From NCBI GenBank assembly GCA_036677065.1, contig JAKFBS010000001.1, forward strand, positions 608,001 through 672,000: a stretch of DNA of 64,000 bases, in the 5' to 3' direction. This document shows positions 47,673 to 58,082 of this stretch, piece after piece. The notes under the pieces were generated by a model. That model ran no database searches and had not been told where the DNA came from. It saw only the letters and a program-made list of their open reading frames with translations. A program made the position numbers and the translations under genes. Positions within the stretch are counted from its first letter, which is position 1. Every line of letters starts with the position of its first letter. Origin of the DNA: Bdellovibrio sp. (lineage in GTDB: Bacteria > Bdellovibrionota > Bdellovibrionia > Bdellovibrionales > Bdellovibrionaceae).

Positions 47673-48872
47673 ATGAAATACACTCAACGTTTCATTTTGA
47701 GACAATTAGTGCTAGCTGTATTGCTTTTAAGCTCAACAGCATACGGGCAGCTAGCTTGCGGCCAGTTGTTTGATAACAATATTGCGCCTGCTGCACACGA
47801 ACAAGTCAAAGTGGCGATTGGGTCTGATAAATTAACAAAATTAGCGCGCAGTAATGCCCCCCAGTCTTGGGCTTGGTTTAAAACTTATTCTGGTAAATAC
47901 CTTTCAAAAGATATTCTAAAATTTGAAGGCATGATTGATGGCGATCCGCATAACGGTAACTACGGCCCAACAGCAGTAAATGGTAAGGTGAAATGGAAAT
48001 CACTAGATTATGACGATGCGGGAACTGGTCCTTACATTTTAGATTATGCTAAATTTTTAATTTCGATTAAAGCTGTTGATAGCGTAAAAAAAGTGAAAGC
48101 CAGCGAATTATGGGAACAATACCAACGTGGTCTTGAAGGCAAAGATTTTAAAGAAACTCCAGGGTTAATTTCAGAGCTTTTGAATATGTCGGCCAAAGAC
48201 TTTCGTAATTTAGAAGTTAAAAAAGCGGCTAAATTTTCAACGGGCGATAAATTGATTAATGATGGCGAACGCTCTACAAAAATCACTGATAAAAAAATGC
48301 ATAATTTAATTTTAGAAATCTTTCACAGACATTTGCCAGAAGGTACGCAAGTGCTTGATGTGGGCGGCCGCGAAAAAGAAGGTGGCGGTTCTGGTTCAGT
48401 CAATGGTGAAGGTGGAGCTTTACGTTTTGTCGCTTTAGTTAAAGGCGCTGATGGTCGCAATACGCTATTTGAATTAAAACAAGATGCAGAATCAGGAATT
48501 CAAAATTACCAGCCACAAACAGTCACGTTACAAGAGGTTTTAAATTTTCACGTGATCGATAAGGGCGGAAACGATAAAAACTACCAAGAAGTAAATGTGA
48601 ATATTAATGGCGATAAGCGATTTGTTTTGCGTCCGAAACCAATCTATTTTTATGATTACGCGAATAAGGCTAAAACGATGAGCCAGTTTACAGAGTTCGA
48701 AGCCTTGAGCCTTTATAATGCATGGTACAAAGGAATGATGCACGGAAAGCAAAAAAACGGGCAACAGTTCCTGAAAGCTATTCAGGCAGACACAAACGGT
48801 GAAATTTTCGAAGGTTTAAAGAATGTAACTTGGGCGTACCTTGAGCATTTAGAAACCTTCTTGCCGAAGTAA
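47673..48872 (+). CDS. DUF2252-like (kinase-fold) protein with signal peptide
   Basis: GDPHNGNYG, DYDDA, GSGS..G..RF, ELK. Confidence 0.65.
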   Translation: MKYTQRFILRQLVLAVLLLSSTAYGQLACGQLFDNNIAPAAHEQVKVAIGSDKLTKLARSNAPQSWAWFKTYSGKYLSKDILKFEGMIDGDPHNGNYGPTAVNGKVKWKSLDYDDAGTGPYILDYAKFLISIKAVDSVKKVKASELWEQYQRGLEGKDFKETPGLISELLNMSAKDFRNLEVKKAAKFSTGDKLINDGERSTKITDKKMHNLILEIFHRHLPEGTQVLDVGGREKEGGGSGSVNGEGGALRFVALVKGADGRNTLFELKQDAESGIQNYQPQTVTLQEVLNFHVIDKGGNDKNYQEVNVNINGDKRFVLRPKPIYFYDYANKAKTMSQFTEFEALSLYNAWYKGMMHGKQKNGQQFLKAIQADTNGEIFEGLKNVTWAYLEHLETFLPK

Positions 48873-48918
48873 GTTTTTAAACGCTAACATGGGCACACCT
48901 AAATTAAGGGGAGTGTTC

Positions 48919-49863
48919 ATGTTAGAATCATTAAGTGTTACAACAATTATTATTGCGTTAGTTGTGTTGTCTGTTGTTGGTGGATTATTTGTAACCGTCA
49001 ATCAAGGAACAATCAGCGTTGTTACGATGTTTGGTAAATACCGCCGTATTCTTTACCCAGGGTTAAATTTGAAAATTCCGTTTATCGAAACAGTTTTTCG
49101 CAGAGTTTCTGTGCAAAATCAATCGATCGAATTACAGTTTCAGGCAATCACGATAGATCAGGCCAATGTAAATTTTAAAGCCATGTTATTATATTCTGTT
49201 ATCGATCAGCGCGAAGAAACTATTAAAGATGTAGCTTTTAAATTTATCGATTTCAGCTCTTTAATGCAGACGTTAAACCGTACAGTTGAAGGCAGCGTTC
49301 GTGGTTTCGTTGCGACGAAAAAACAAAACGAAATTTTAGCGTTACGTAAAGATATCGTAAATGCCGTTAAAGAACAGCTTGATGAAGAATTAAGATCTTG
49401 GGGTTATCACTTAATTGATATGCAATTAAATGATATTACTTTTGATGAAACGATCATGGCATCAATGGCGCAAGTTGTGGCTTCAAGCAATTTGCGTGCA
49501 GCTGCAGAAAATGAAGCTTTGGCTTTATTAATTAAAAAAACAAAAGCTGCAGAAGCTGATGGTATTGCGATTAAAATTTCTGCTGAGGCTGAAAAATTAG
49601 CTGCAAAACTTCGCGGTGAAGGTATTGCTCTTTTCAGAGAAGAAGTTGCTAAAGGTATGGCTAAAGCTGCAGATGAGATGAAAAATGCGGGCCTTGATAG
49701 TTCGTTTATTTTATTTTCAATGTGGACTGATGCTCTTAAACATTTTGCTGAAACGGGCACAGGCAACACAATTTTCTTAGACGGTTCAACTGAAGGTTTG
49801 GAAAAAACTATGAAACAAATGACTGTGCTTTCAAATCCAAAATTAAGAAATCCACAAGCTTAA
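48919..49863 (+). CDS. SPFH/band 7 domain membrane protein
   Basis: N-terminal TM, FGKY..ILYPGLNLKIPFIE, AEA-rich coiled coil. Confidence 0.9.
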   Translation: MLESLSVTTIIIALVVLSVVGGLFVTVNQGTISVVTMFGKYRRILYPGLNLKIPFIETVFRRVSVQNQSIELQFQAITIDQANVNFKAMLLYSVIDQREETIKDVAFKFIDFSSLMQTLNRTVEGSVRGFVATKKQNEILALRKDIVNAVKEQLDEELRSWGYHLIDMQLNDITFDETIMASMAQVVASSNLRAAAENEALALLIKKTKAAEADGIAIKISAEAEKLAAKLRGEGIALFREEVAKGMAKAADEMKNAGLDSSFILFSMWTDALKHFAETGTGNTIFLDGSTEGLEKTMKQMTVLSNPKLRNPQA

Positions 49864-49957
49864 TTGAACCTTACCTAGCGCAGGAGTTGGTCTGCGCCTT
49901 GCTTTGATTCCTCTCTATAACATGACTAAGTGTCATACTGACTATAGAGGGGAATCT

Positions 49958-50533
49958 ATGTTTAAGTTTTTTATCGTTTCGGTGTTATCTTTATGTGCAA
50001 ATTTCGCATTTGCTCAACAAAACTGTATGAACAGTTGTTCTACTGAGTGTGTTCGCGCAGCACAGCAGATTTTAGTGAACTGCAGTGGAGCCACTCCTCC
50101 ACCAACTCAACCATCCGGAAAAACCGCTCTTTATCATTCTGATTCATGTAATGAGAGTGAGCTCATCGCCAACTTAAGATCTGGTACAGACTGTTCCAGT
50201 CAAGTTATAACATCGGCGCAACGCACTTGGGGGGTGAAGGTTCGCGGAACTTGTTACGATGTTTCGGATTTAGAAACGCCCACAGCTTGCATGAAATATA
50301 AAGCTGCCGGAAACGCCGGTGCGACACTTTTTTATCACAGTGATTCTTGTCAGACATCTGAGCTTATTGCGGCAGTTGATGAATCAACTGATTGCGATGC
50401 TTTAGCAAAAGTGTCGAATGATCGCGTGTGGGGTGTTGTAACTGATGGTCAGTGTGTTGATATTTCAGATATGGATTTAAAACAAGCTTGTCTACGTTAC
50501 AAAGATGCTTTTATTTCTGAGAAGAAAAAATAG
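49958..50533 (+). CDS. Secreted Cys-rich protein with two internal repeats
   Basis: YHSDSC..ELIA...TDC...RxWGV...GxCxDxSD...AC occurs twice. Confidence 0.75.
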   Translation: MFKFFIVSVLSLCANFAFAQQNCMNSCSTECVRAAQQILVNCSGATPPPTQPSGKTALYHSDSCNESELIANLRSGTDCSSQVITSAQRTWGVKVRGTCYDVSDLETPTACMKYKAAGNAGATLFYHSDSCQTSELIAAVDESTDCDALAKVSNDRVWGVVTDGQCVDISDMDLKQACLRYKDAFISEKKK

Positions 50534-50575
50534 TTTTTATCTCTTCTTTGTGGGCTGTCTTTCTGACGGCCCACT

Positions 50576-50668
50576 CTACAATCCTAATATATATAACCAG
50601 TATTTAAGTCCTTTAAGTTGTTTCAAAATTTCGCTTCTATATTTTACTTCGTAATTAAGTTGTTCCAT
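50576..50668 (-). CDS. 30-aa small peptide divergent from HTH regulator
   Basis: SD AAGGAG; MEQLNYEVKYRSEILKQLKGLKYWLYILGL*; hairpin gtgggctgtc/gacggcccac immediately downstream. Confidence 0.55.
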   Translation of the reverse strand: MEQLNYEVKYRSEILKQLKGLKYWLYILGL

Positions 50669-50734
50669 TTGCGTGTCTCCTTGTTAAAACCAAAGTAGCG
50701 CTATTTGATATTTTTTAAAATAGTGTCGATAGAG

Positions 50735-50751
50735 GTATCAATATATGATAC
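50735..50751. promoter_or_regulatory. Palindromic operator candidate
   Basis: GTATCA-atata-TGATAC, with a degenerate copy at about 50695-50711. Confidence 0.5.
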
Positions 50752-50776
50752 TTTTAATGGGTAAAAGGAGCGAATT

Positions 50777-51598
50777 ATGAATTCTCGCAGTCAGGCCTTA
50801 CAAGATTCTTTAAAAGACGCCATTAAGGCAGTGCTTAAACAGCAGAAAAAAACCTATGACAATTTAGCCGAAGAATTAGAAATCTCGGTGCCTACGGTTA
50901 AAAGAATTCTTACTAAAGAAGAGATGAGCTTATCGCGCTTATTACAGATTTGTGATTATTTAAAAATATCTCTGACTGAATTAGAAAAAATTGCCAATTA
51001 CAATAAAAATACAGCAACAAACAGGTTCACAGAAAAACAAGAAGAGTTTCTGGCGAAAAATCCAAACTACTTAACTTTCTTGTTGATGATGTATTCCGAC
51101 TTATCGCCGGAAGAAATTATGAAGCAAACTAAAATCGATGACAAAAGTTTAAAGCTCTATTTGTTACGTTTAGAAAAGCTGGATCTAATTACTTATCATA
51201 AAGGAAGGTATGCAATGCCTTTTGAGCTTTTTCCAAATTTGATTCCTTACGGAAAAATTCATGAAGCCAATTTTAATAACATTATTGAATCGGGCGCAAA
51301 TTTTTTTAAACGCTACAATAGACAACGCATTTTAGCCAAAAATACAGAGCGCGATAAAGGGTCTACGATGGGATTAACGATGTTAACTTTGAGCCGTGAA
51401 AGTTATCTTGAGTGGTTTGATAAAATTAAAAAGTTATATCAAGAGTTGCAGGATATTTCGCTCGTCGAAGAAAAAATGCCGAAATTAAAAAATAAAAAAA
51501 CAATTGTGATTATGAGCTGTCACGGTGTTATTGAGTCAGATGATCCGGAAGTAGAGTTTTTGCAGAATTCATTTGGTGTGGTAAAGAATATTACCTAG
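50777..51598 (+). CDS. HTH (XRE/Cro-like) transcriptional regulator
   Basis: TYDNLAEELEISVPTVKRIL...LSRLLQIC, FTEKQEEFLA, second wHTH-like segment. Confidence 0.8.
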   Translation: MNSRSQALQDSLKDAIKAVLKQQKKTYDNLAEELEISVPTVKRILTKEEMSLSRLLQICDYLKISLTELEKIANYNKNTATNRFTEKQEEFLAKNPNYLTFLLMMYSDLSPEEIMKQTKIDDKSLKLYLLRLEKLDLITYHKGRYAMPFELFPNLIPYGKIHEANFNNIIESGANFFKRYNRQRILAKNTERDKGSTMGLTMLTLSRESYLEWFDKIKKLYQELQDISLVEEKMPKLKNKKTIVIMSCHGVIESDDPEVEFLQNSFGVVKNIT

Positions 51599-51687
51599 AG
51601 AAAGAAATAGTTTTGCCTTCGGCAAAAAATCGAGCCGGGCAGTCGTTGAAGTTTACTTGACCGCCCGCTCATGAAATCAAAAAAGAA

Positions 51688-52011
51688 CTATTGAGCTTTT
51701 GCTCCGCCTTTGTATCCGTAAGCTACTGTGCACCAAGTGTGTTTGATGAATAGTAAGCTTGAAGAGTGTTGGTCAATGTGTGAAACGATTGACATACCAC
51801 CAGCTTTTGCAGCTTCAGCAACAGAAGCATCGCCAGTAGCGTAAGCGCCTAACCAGCTAGTTGCACAAGCTTCACCACGTAATGGACCTTTAGGTAAGTG
51901 AGTAGTTGCTACTGGACCGTGAACGTCAGAGTAGATAAATCCACCAACAGGTTGAGTTGAAGCACAGCCAGCTAAAGTTACTAAAGCTAATACAGCGATT
52001 AAAATTTTCAT
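51688..52011 (-). CDS. TRL-like lipoprotein
   Basis: LAGC lipobox; GEACATSWLG..ATGDAS..AAKAGG...CTVAYG. Confidence 0.85.
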   Translation of the reverse strand: MKILIAVLALVTLAGCASTQPVGGFIYSDVHGPVATTHLPKGPLRGEACATSWLGAYATGDASVAEAAKAGGMSIVSHIDQHSSSLLFIKHTWCTVAYGYKGGAKAQ

Positions 52012-52151
52012 GAAGAATCCCTTCGTTGAGTATAAAATATTGCAAAATTGCAAATAAACTTGAAACAGTATGATTTCTAATCACTTTTTCGTCCAGTCAT
52101 GATGCCTCTGAGCTAGACCTTCGACCAGACAATAAGCATAATTAAAAGTAG

Positions 52152-53195
52152 ATGTCGAACCACCCAGAATCAGAAAAAATAATTCTTTTTGAACTTCGTC
52201 GCGAGTTTTTAGAAATCGCACGCACGCGCAAGCTGAAATTTCAGTTAGCAAATGTTCAATTATTTGATTCACAAAGTAAGTGGGGCGAATACGATCATCT
52301 TACTCGCACAATTTCCATCTCGCGTAATTTAGTGCAAAAGTTTTCTTGGGCAAATGTTGTGGGCGTATTAAAACATGAGATGGCTCATCAATGGGTTTAT
52401 GAAAACTATTCAGACAGTGATGTTTCGGCGCACGGTAAAGAATTTCATCTAGCTTGTGAAAAATTAAAACTACAAGCGCTGTACTGTTCAAGCAAAGTTG
52501 AACTTGCATCAGAAAATCCAAATTTTCATGTGGTTGATGAAACTAATCCATTAATTGAAAAAGTTAAAAAGCTTATGTCATTAGCCACTTCGACGAATGA
52601 GCACGAAGCAAGTCTTGCGGCTACGAAGGTTCGCGAGCTGTATTTAAAATATAATCTTGAGCAGACAGATCTGGGTAAAACCAGTGAAGTTACGCATTTG
52701 ATTATTTCTACAGGTAAAAAACGTCTTTCGCTGATCGAGAAAAAGATTATCGCGATGCTGGTTGAATTTTATTTTGTTCAAGTGATCGTAGTGCAGGAAT
52801 TCGATTCAAAAACATTAGCACATTACCAAGCTTTAGAAATTATCGGTTTAAAAGAAAATACGCTTATGGCTGAATATGTGTATCAGTTTTTATATCGTGC
52901 TACTAAGGGTTATGCCGGCACTTCGATGAAGCTTGGTTTGTTAGATGGTTTTGCACAAAAGCTTAAGGCTCCGGTCACCGCAAGCACAGCAAATGAAAAA
53001 GCCCTGATGGTTCGTGCAGAAGCCGAGCTTGAAGATTATGTGCATGATTATTTCCCGCGTTTACGCAGTCTGCGTTCATCATCGCGACAAATTTCAAGCA
53101 GTGATTATAACCATGGTGTAAGCCAAGGGCAGAAACTTAATTTAAATAAACCGATTTCTGAAAAGAATCGTGGCGCAACAAAACTTATAGGTTAA
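52152..53195 (+). CDS. SprT-like zinc metalloprotease domain + DUF2786
   Basis: LKHEMAHQ, HGKEF, KVKKLMSLATSTNEHEA. Confidence 0.85.
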   Translation: MSNHPESEKIILFELRREFLEIARTRKLKFQLANVQLFDSQSKWGEYDHLTRTISISRNLVQKFSWANVVGVLKHEMAHQWVYENYSDSDVSAHGKEFHLACEKLKLQALYCSSKVELASENPNFHVVDETNPLIEKVKKLMSLATSTNEHEASLAATKVRELYLKYNLEQTDLGKTSEVTHLIISTGKKRLSLIEKKIIAMLVEFYFVQVIVVQEFDSKTLAHYQALEIIGLKENTLMAEYVYQFLYRATKGYAGTSMKLGLLDGFAQKLKAPVTASTANEKALMVRAEAELEDYVHDYFPRLRSLRSSSRQISSSDYNHGVSQGQKLNLNKPISEKNRGATKLIG

Positions 53196-53205
53196 TAATT
53201 CAGAT

Positions 53206-53691
53206 ATGAAACAAAAAATAGTAATTTTATTGGCGACCTTTTTTGGTTCGGGAAAGCTGCCTAAATCTCCGGGCACATGGGGAACATTAGCGACAATTCC
53301 GCTATGGTATTTGTTAGCTACAAATCTTCATGCAGTAACATACATGATCGTCACTCTACTTTTATGTGTGGCTGCAATTCTGATTGCACAAGCCTACGAA
53401 AATATGACCAACACGCATGATTCAAAAGAAATTGTCATTGATGAAGTGGTGGGTTTTTTAATCACGATGACGTGGCTTCCGTTAACATGGCAAAGTTTGA
53501 TCGCGGGTTTTATTTTGTTTCGCATCGTCGATATCACGAAACCACCTCCGATTAGACAGTTAGATCAAAAAGTAAAAGGCGGGGTCGGCGTCGTGATCGA
53601 TGATATTGCTGCCGGATTAGTGTGCAACGTAGTTCTGCAGCTTGTTTATACCTACACGCCATGGCTTGGGGCGCAAACCCAGACTTTATAA
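53206..53691 (+). CDS. pgpA: Phosphatidylglycerophosphatase A
   Basis: PGTWGT, IVIDEVVG, FRIVDITKP, GVVIDDIAAG. Confidence 0.95.
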   Translation: MKQKIVILLATFFGSGKLPKSPGTWGTLATIPLWYLLATNLHAVTYMIVTLLLCVAAILIAQAYENMTNTHDSKEIVIDEVVGFLITMTWLPLTWQSLIAGFILFRIVDITKPPPIRQLDQKVKGGVGVVIDDIAAGLVCNVVLQLVYTYTPWLGAQTQTL

Positions 53692-53778
53692 TAGATTAGT
53701 TAAAAAAAGCTCTTTACATATGTGTAAGTGATATGTAAATTTATATGTAAGTTATATGAAAGTAATTACGGATTAAGC

Positions 53779-54330
53779 ATGAAGACACCAACAAATGTGC
53801 AAACTGAAGATCTGAATTCTCGAATGAAAACTGCTCTAAAAAAGGCGGTTCAGGTTGTTCGTGACAAGGGTATGTCGGTGGGGTTTGCTGAGAGCTGTAC
53901 CGGGGGACTTTTAGCAAGTTCGCTAACCCAACAATCAGGGGTCTCAGATATTTTCTGGGGTTCAGTTGTTTGTTACGCGAATGAAAGTAAGAGTACTTTT
54001 TTGGGTGTGCAAGAGTCTGTGTTTAAAGAATTCGGTGCTGTCAGCAACGAATGCGCAAAACAGATGGCTGAAGGATTGGCCGCACAAATCAAAAAGACAA
54101 CATCGAAAGATGTCGTAACGGTTTCAGTGACCGGAATAGCAGGACCGAGCGGCGGAACACCAACAAAGCCAGTAGGAACTGTATTCATTGCGGTGGCTGG
54201 TACGAAGTTAGCAACTCAAGTATTTCATCACGAATTCGTAACTACAGATAAAGATAAACAGTTAACTCGCGAAGAGGTTCAACAAGCAGCGGCCGTTGCA
54301 GCGTTAGAACATCTAAGCGAAATTTTTTAA
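53779..54330 (+). CDS. cinA: CinA C-terminal domain / NMN amidohydrolase
   Basis: AESCTGG, GAVS, TGIAGPSGGTPTKPVGTV; upstream of recA. Confidence 0.9.
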   Translation: MKTPTNVQTEDLNSRMKTALKKAVQVVRDKGMSVGFAESCTGGLLASSLTQQSGVSDIFWGSVVCYANESKSTFLGVQESVFKEFGAVSNECAKQMAEGLAAQIKKTTSKDVVTVSVTGIAGPSGGTPTKPVGTVFIAVAGTKLATQVFHHEFVTTDKDKQLTREEVQQAAAVAALEHLSEIF

Positions 54331-54369
54331 TAATTTATTATATAAATATATATAAGAGGAGCAAAAAAC

Positions 54370-55527
54370 ATGGCAAATCCACAAGAACAAAAAGCACAAG
54401 GCGAAAAACTAAAAGCATTAGAACTAGCAGTTTCTACTATCGAAAAACAATTCGGTAAAGGTTCGATCATGCGTTTAGGCAGCAATGATTCTTTACATAA
54501 AGACGTAGAAGTTATTTCTTCTGGTTCTTTATCATTAGACGTTGCACTTGGTATCGGTGGTCTTCCTAAAGGTCGTATCGTTGAAATCTTTGGCCCAGAA
54601 TCTTCTGGTAAAACAACTTTAGCTCTTTCTACAATCGCTCAAGCTCAGAAAAAAGGTGGCGTTGTTGCATTCGTAGATGCTGAGCATGCTTTAGATACAA
54701 ATTACGCTCGTAAACTTGGTGTTAACGTTGCTGATTTATTAATTTCTCAACCAGACACTGGTGAACAAGCTTTAGAAATCGTTGAAACGTTAGTTCGTTC
54801 TGGCGCAGTAGACGTATTGGTTGTCGATTCAGTTGCGGCTTTAGTTCCACGCGCTGAGATCGAAGGCGAAATGGGTGATTCTCATATGGGTTTACAAGCT
54901 CGTTTGATGTCTCAAGCATTACGTAAATTAACGGCTGCGATTTCTCGTTCAAACACTTTAGTTATTTTCATCAATCAGATCCGTATGAAAATCGGTGTTA
55001 TGTTCGGAAACCCAGAAACTACAACTGGTGGTAATGCTTTAAAATTCTACGCTTCAGTTCGTTTAGATGTACGCCGTGTTGGTGCCATCAAAAATGGTGA
55101 AGAAGTCACTGGTAACAGAACAGCTGTTAAAGTTGTGAAAAATAAAATGGCTTCTCCGTTTACAAAAGTTGAATTCGACTTAATGTACGGTGAAGGTATT
55201 TCTGAAGAAGGTGATATCTTAGATTTAGCTGTGACTGCGAACATGGTTGAAAAATCAGGTGCGTGGTATTCATATAAAGGTGAACGTTTAGGCCAAGGCC
55301 GCGACCAAGCTAAAGAATACTTAAAAGCAAATCCACAAGCTAAAACAGAATTAAGAGCTGCGATTTTAGCTAAAAATGGTATCGGTGCATTGTTGTTAAC
55401 GAACGATATGAATGATGCTGTTACTGACGAAGATTCTGTTGAGATGGAAACTCCGAAAAAAGGTAAAAAAGCTAAAGCTGAAGCGACTCCGAAAGAAGCT
55501 AAAGCAGAAAAAGAAAAATTGAACTAA
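54370..55527 (+). CDS. recA: Recombinase A
   Basis: [29 protein letters not shown]. Confidence 0.99.
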   Translation: MANPQEQKAQGEKLKALELAVSTIEKQFGKGSIMRLGSNDSLHKDVEVISSGSLSLDVALGIGGLPKGRIVEIFGPESSGKTTLALSTIAQAQKKGGVVAFVDAEHALDTNYARKLGVNVADLLISQPDTGEQALEIVETLVRSGAVDVLVVDSVAALVPRAEIEGEMGDSHMGLQARLMSQALRKLTAAISRSNTLVIFINQIRMKIGVMFGNPETTTGGNALKFYASVRLDVRRVGAIKNGEEVTGNRTAVKVVKNKMASPFTKVEFDLMYGEGISEEGDILDLAVTANMVEKSGAWYSYKGERLGQGRDQAKEYLKANPQAKTELRAAILAKNGIGALLLTNDMNDAVTDEDSVEMETPKKGKKAKAEATPKEAKAEKEKLN

Positions 55528-55557
55528 TCGTTTGATTTTAAATTTAAGATAGTAATG

Positions 55558-55586
55558 AAAGCCTCGGTGTTTACCGGGGCTTTTTT
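55558..55586 (+). terminator. recA terminator
   Basis: aaagcctcggt/accggggcttt followed by T tract. Confidence 0.85.
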
Positions 55587-55601
55587 ATTTCCAGCACTTG
55601 T

Positions 55602-55650
55602 GTATCGAGTTGAGACAACGACTAAAGTCCATACTGTTTGTTGCCGATAA
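55602..55650 (+). promoter_or_regulatory. sigma28 (FliA)-like promoter with upstream TGAGAC box
   Basis: TGAGAC at 55611, TAAAG at 55623, GCCGATAA at 55643. Confidence 0.65.
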
Positions 55651-55674
55651 ATTTATGTGAGGGGTGTGAATGTT

Positions 55675-57549
55675 ATGAAATACATTTTATTTCTATTTTG
55701 CATTCTATTCTTCAATCTATCAGTCTTAGCCGAAGACGGTACGGCTTCAACAGACGATATTCGAATTAATTTAGGAAATTACAAATCAAATTCAGGCGCA
55801 GATTCTGATCCCTTCAGCCTGGCAACGCCACCCGATTTTTCTTTTGCAAACACCAGTGGCACAATTAATTTTGGCGGGGCTTATTGCTCATCCCAAAATC
55901 TAAATGCTTGTAAGACACAATATTTTTGTATGAAAGAGGGTGGCCATTGGGATTATTTGAGCGAAAGTTGCAAAAGAGCGAGCTGTCATTTCGGAACCAC
56001 TGCGGATATGGTCGATCCAGAAAAATGCATTTGTAATGGTGAAACCTTCGCTTACGTAGATCGTGGTAATTTTTTACAAAGCTGCCCGGTTCGGTGTCAG
56101 GCTTCAGAGAATAAGTCATACGCCTTTTTTTCGCGAAGTTGTGTGTGTAACGATGGTTTTACGATGGCGACAAACGGTTCTTGTGTTGCCAACCGGCCTA
56201 CGCAAGCAGCTCCGAATATCAGTGAATGCTGGCGTGAATTAGCTGAAAAAGCTGCGGCTTGTGAAACTGCGGCTGACACGGCTGTGGCTCAGTGCGAACC
56301 AGGTGAAAACGATTCATTGCAGGCACTGCAAGGGTTGTTAACTGGCGCGGGTGGTGGCGCCATAGATAACTGCGAGCGTGCAGCAACTGCAAGTACTTCG
56401 GGTTACCATCAGATAGAGGATACTCGTCGCGTCTGTGATGAAAAAATTAATTCATGTAAAACAGGTTGTGGTGATGCCACGACATTTCTTAACGCAAATA
56501 AAGCGCGTGTTTACAATGCTTGTCGTGAAAGGGCCTATCAGGCAGAAATTCAGGCAGGGCCGGCACTTCCTCCGGATCGATTTAATCCCATGTGGGATAA
56601 TCAAAACAAAGCAAATATGGATAGCCAGTTTCAAAGTTTACTCGCAAAAATTGAGAACTCTCGCGCAACGTGTGAAACAGGCACAGCGGCTAAAAATCGT
56701 GAAGAATTATCGACAGCAATGAATGAAATGAATACGAGTTCAAGAAATGCTAACCAATGCGTGTGTCAGTTAGGCTCAACAAGTGCAGATTGTACTAATT
56801 CTGTTGTGGGGCCTGCAGATTGTTCAGCTGATCCGACGCGACCAGGTTGCGCCAAGGTTGCAGACAATTGTTTCGATGCGAATAATGTTTCTTTAAGATG
56901 TATCTGTTTTAGAAATCCAGAAAGCGCTCAATGTAAGAGCTCAGCAAACCTGAACGTTAAGGCTAATGAAATGGATGCAAGTGCATTTGCCGGAAAGAAA
57001 AACGGCGTCGATACCCGCGGTAATAATACTGAAGTTAGTGGTATGGCAGCAGGTAAAACTACAGAGGGCTTTAGCAATATAGGTAATGCCAGTCAAAATT
57101 CTGAAAATTATGCTCGATCTGAATTAGCTTCTGAAGCAGTCAGTAGATCAGCGATAAGTTCTGCCGTTAGCGCTGGTGGCGAAAAACCAGCTATTGCTGC
57201 TGCGAGCGCAAGCCCCGGTGGCGGCAACGTTTTAAAAAGCGCTAATCCTTCAGCTCCAACAGTAAAAAGCAACGTTAGTGTAGGCAGTAAGCTGAGTGGG
57301 TTTTTTGATACGGCAAAATCAGCAATTGGTGGAATTTTTAAAAAAGGTTCTGGCAGTAAGGAATCGTCTGGTGATTACCGTGATGGCAGTGATCCAGCTT
57401 TTGACCAGAAAAAATTTCGACCACGTGGCATGGTTCGTGGAATTGCCAGTGTGGATGGTCTTGCTGGCAAACACGAAGACATCTGGAAAGTTATGAATAA
57501 ACAATACAAAGTCCAAGATCAAAAAGACAACTTTATTTTCGAAAAATAA
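55675..57549 (+). CDS. Secreted Cys-rich protein
   Basis: Signal peptide, many Cys, Ser/Ala/Gly-rich C-half ending DIWKVMNKQY; paralog at 63141. Confidence 0.75.
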   Translation: MKYILFLFCILFFNLSVLAEDGTASTDDIRINLGNYKSNSGADSDPFSLATPPDFSFANTSGTINFGGAYCSSQNLNACKTQYFCMKEGGHWDYLSESCKRASCHFGTTADMVDPEKCICNGETFAYVDRGNFLQSCPVRCQASENKSYAFFSRSCVCNDGFTMATNGSCVANRPTQAAPNISECWRELAEKAAACETAADTAVAQCEPGENDSLQALQGLLTGAGGGAIDNCERAATASTSGYHQIEDTRRVCDEKINSCKTGCGDATTFLNANKARVYNACRERAYQAEIQAGPALPPDRFNPMWDNQNKANMDSQFQSLLAKIENSRATCETGTAAKNREELSTAMNEMNTSSRNANQCVCQLGSTSADCTNSVVGPADCSADPTRPGCAKVADNCFDANNVSLRCICFRNPESAQCKSSANLNVKANEMDASAFAGKKNGVDTRGNNTEVSGMAAGKTTEGFSNIGNASQNSENYARSELASEAVSRSAISSAVSAGGEKPAIAAASASPGGGNVLKSANPSAPTVKSNVSVGSKLSGFFDTAKSAIGGIFKKGSGSKESSGDYRDGSDPAFDQKKFRPRGMVRGIASVDGLAGKHEDIWKVMNKQYKVQDQKDNFIFEK

Positions 57550-57553
57550 GTCA

Positions 57554-58081
57554 TCAAAGTGCGAAGCTATATGTTGTTGTTAGCTGACCTTTTGCCGAGG
57601 CGTCTAAAGAACATTGAGCATCACCACAGGGTATATCGTACCTAGCGTTTGGTGGTCTGAAAATTTTATTCATTGCTGATTGTTCTAAAGCTTCAATAAG
57701 TGTTTTTGTGAGAGCTTGGCCCTCTGTTGTTGTTGGCGTTGCTTTTAATAACTCGATTGCTTTTGTGAAAGCTACGTCAGACATAAAATCATTTTGTTTT
57801 AGATTTGAGAATGTAAAGCTGTAGCTATAGTGGGCGCAGCCGCCTGTAGTGAAAGCTAATTTTACTTTTCCTTTTTTTAGAACTGCTTTTTGTGTCAGAA
57901 CTTTTTCTTTGTTATTACGCACTGGTTTTTTGATTGAGAGAAAGTCTTTTGATTTTTGATCTAACGCTGATTTTGCATTCGGAAAATCGTACGCGCACTG
58001 GTCTTGTGCTTGTGGAGCTTCAGCAAAAGCATTGACTCCAGTTAGTAACGCTACACAAATTAGGGTGATTATTTTTTTCAT
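57554..58081 (-). CDS. Secreted hypothetical protein
   Basis: MKKIITLICVALLTGVNAFA signal; GGCAHY and CGDAQC. Confidence 0.7.
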   Translation of the reverse strand: MKKIITLICVALLTGVNAFAEAPQAQDQCAYDFPNAKSALDQKSKDFLSIKKPVRNNKEKVLTQKAVLKKGKVKLAFTTGGCAHYSYSFTFSNLKQNDFMSDVAFTKAIELLKATPTTTEGQALTKTLIEALEQSAMNKIFRPPNARYDIPCGDAQCSLDASAKGQLTTTYSFAL

Positions 58082-58082
58082 A

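Noticed and set aside
51600..52150. tRNA next to the TRL-like gene
   Set aside because: No cloverleaf or T-loop/CCA pattern found
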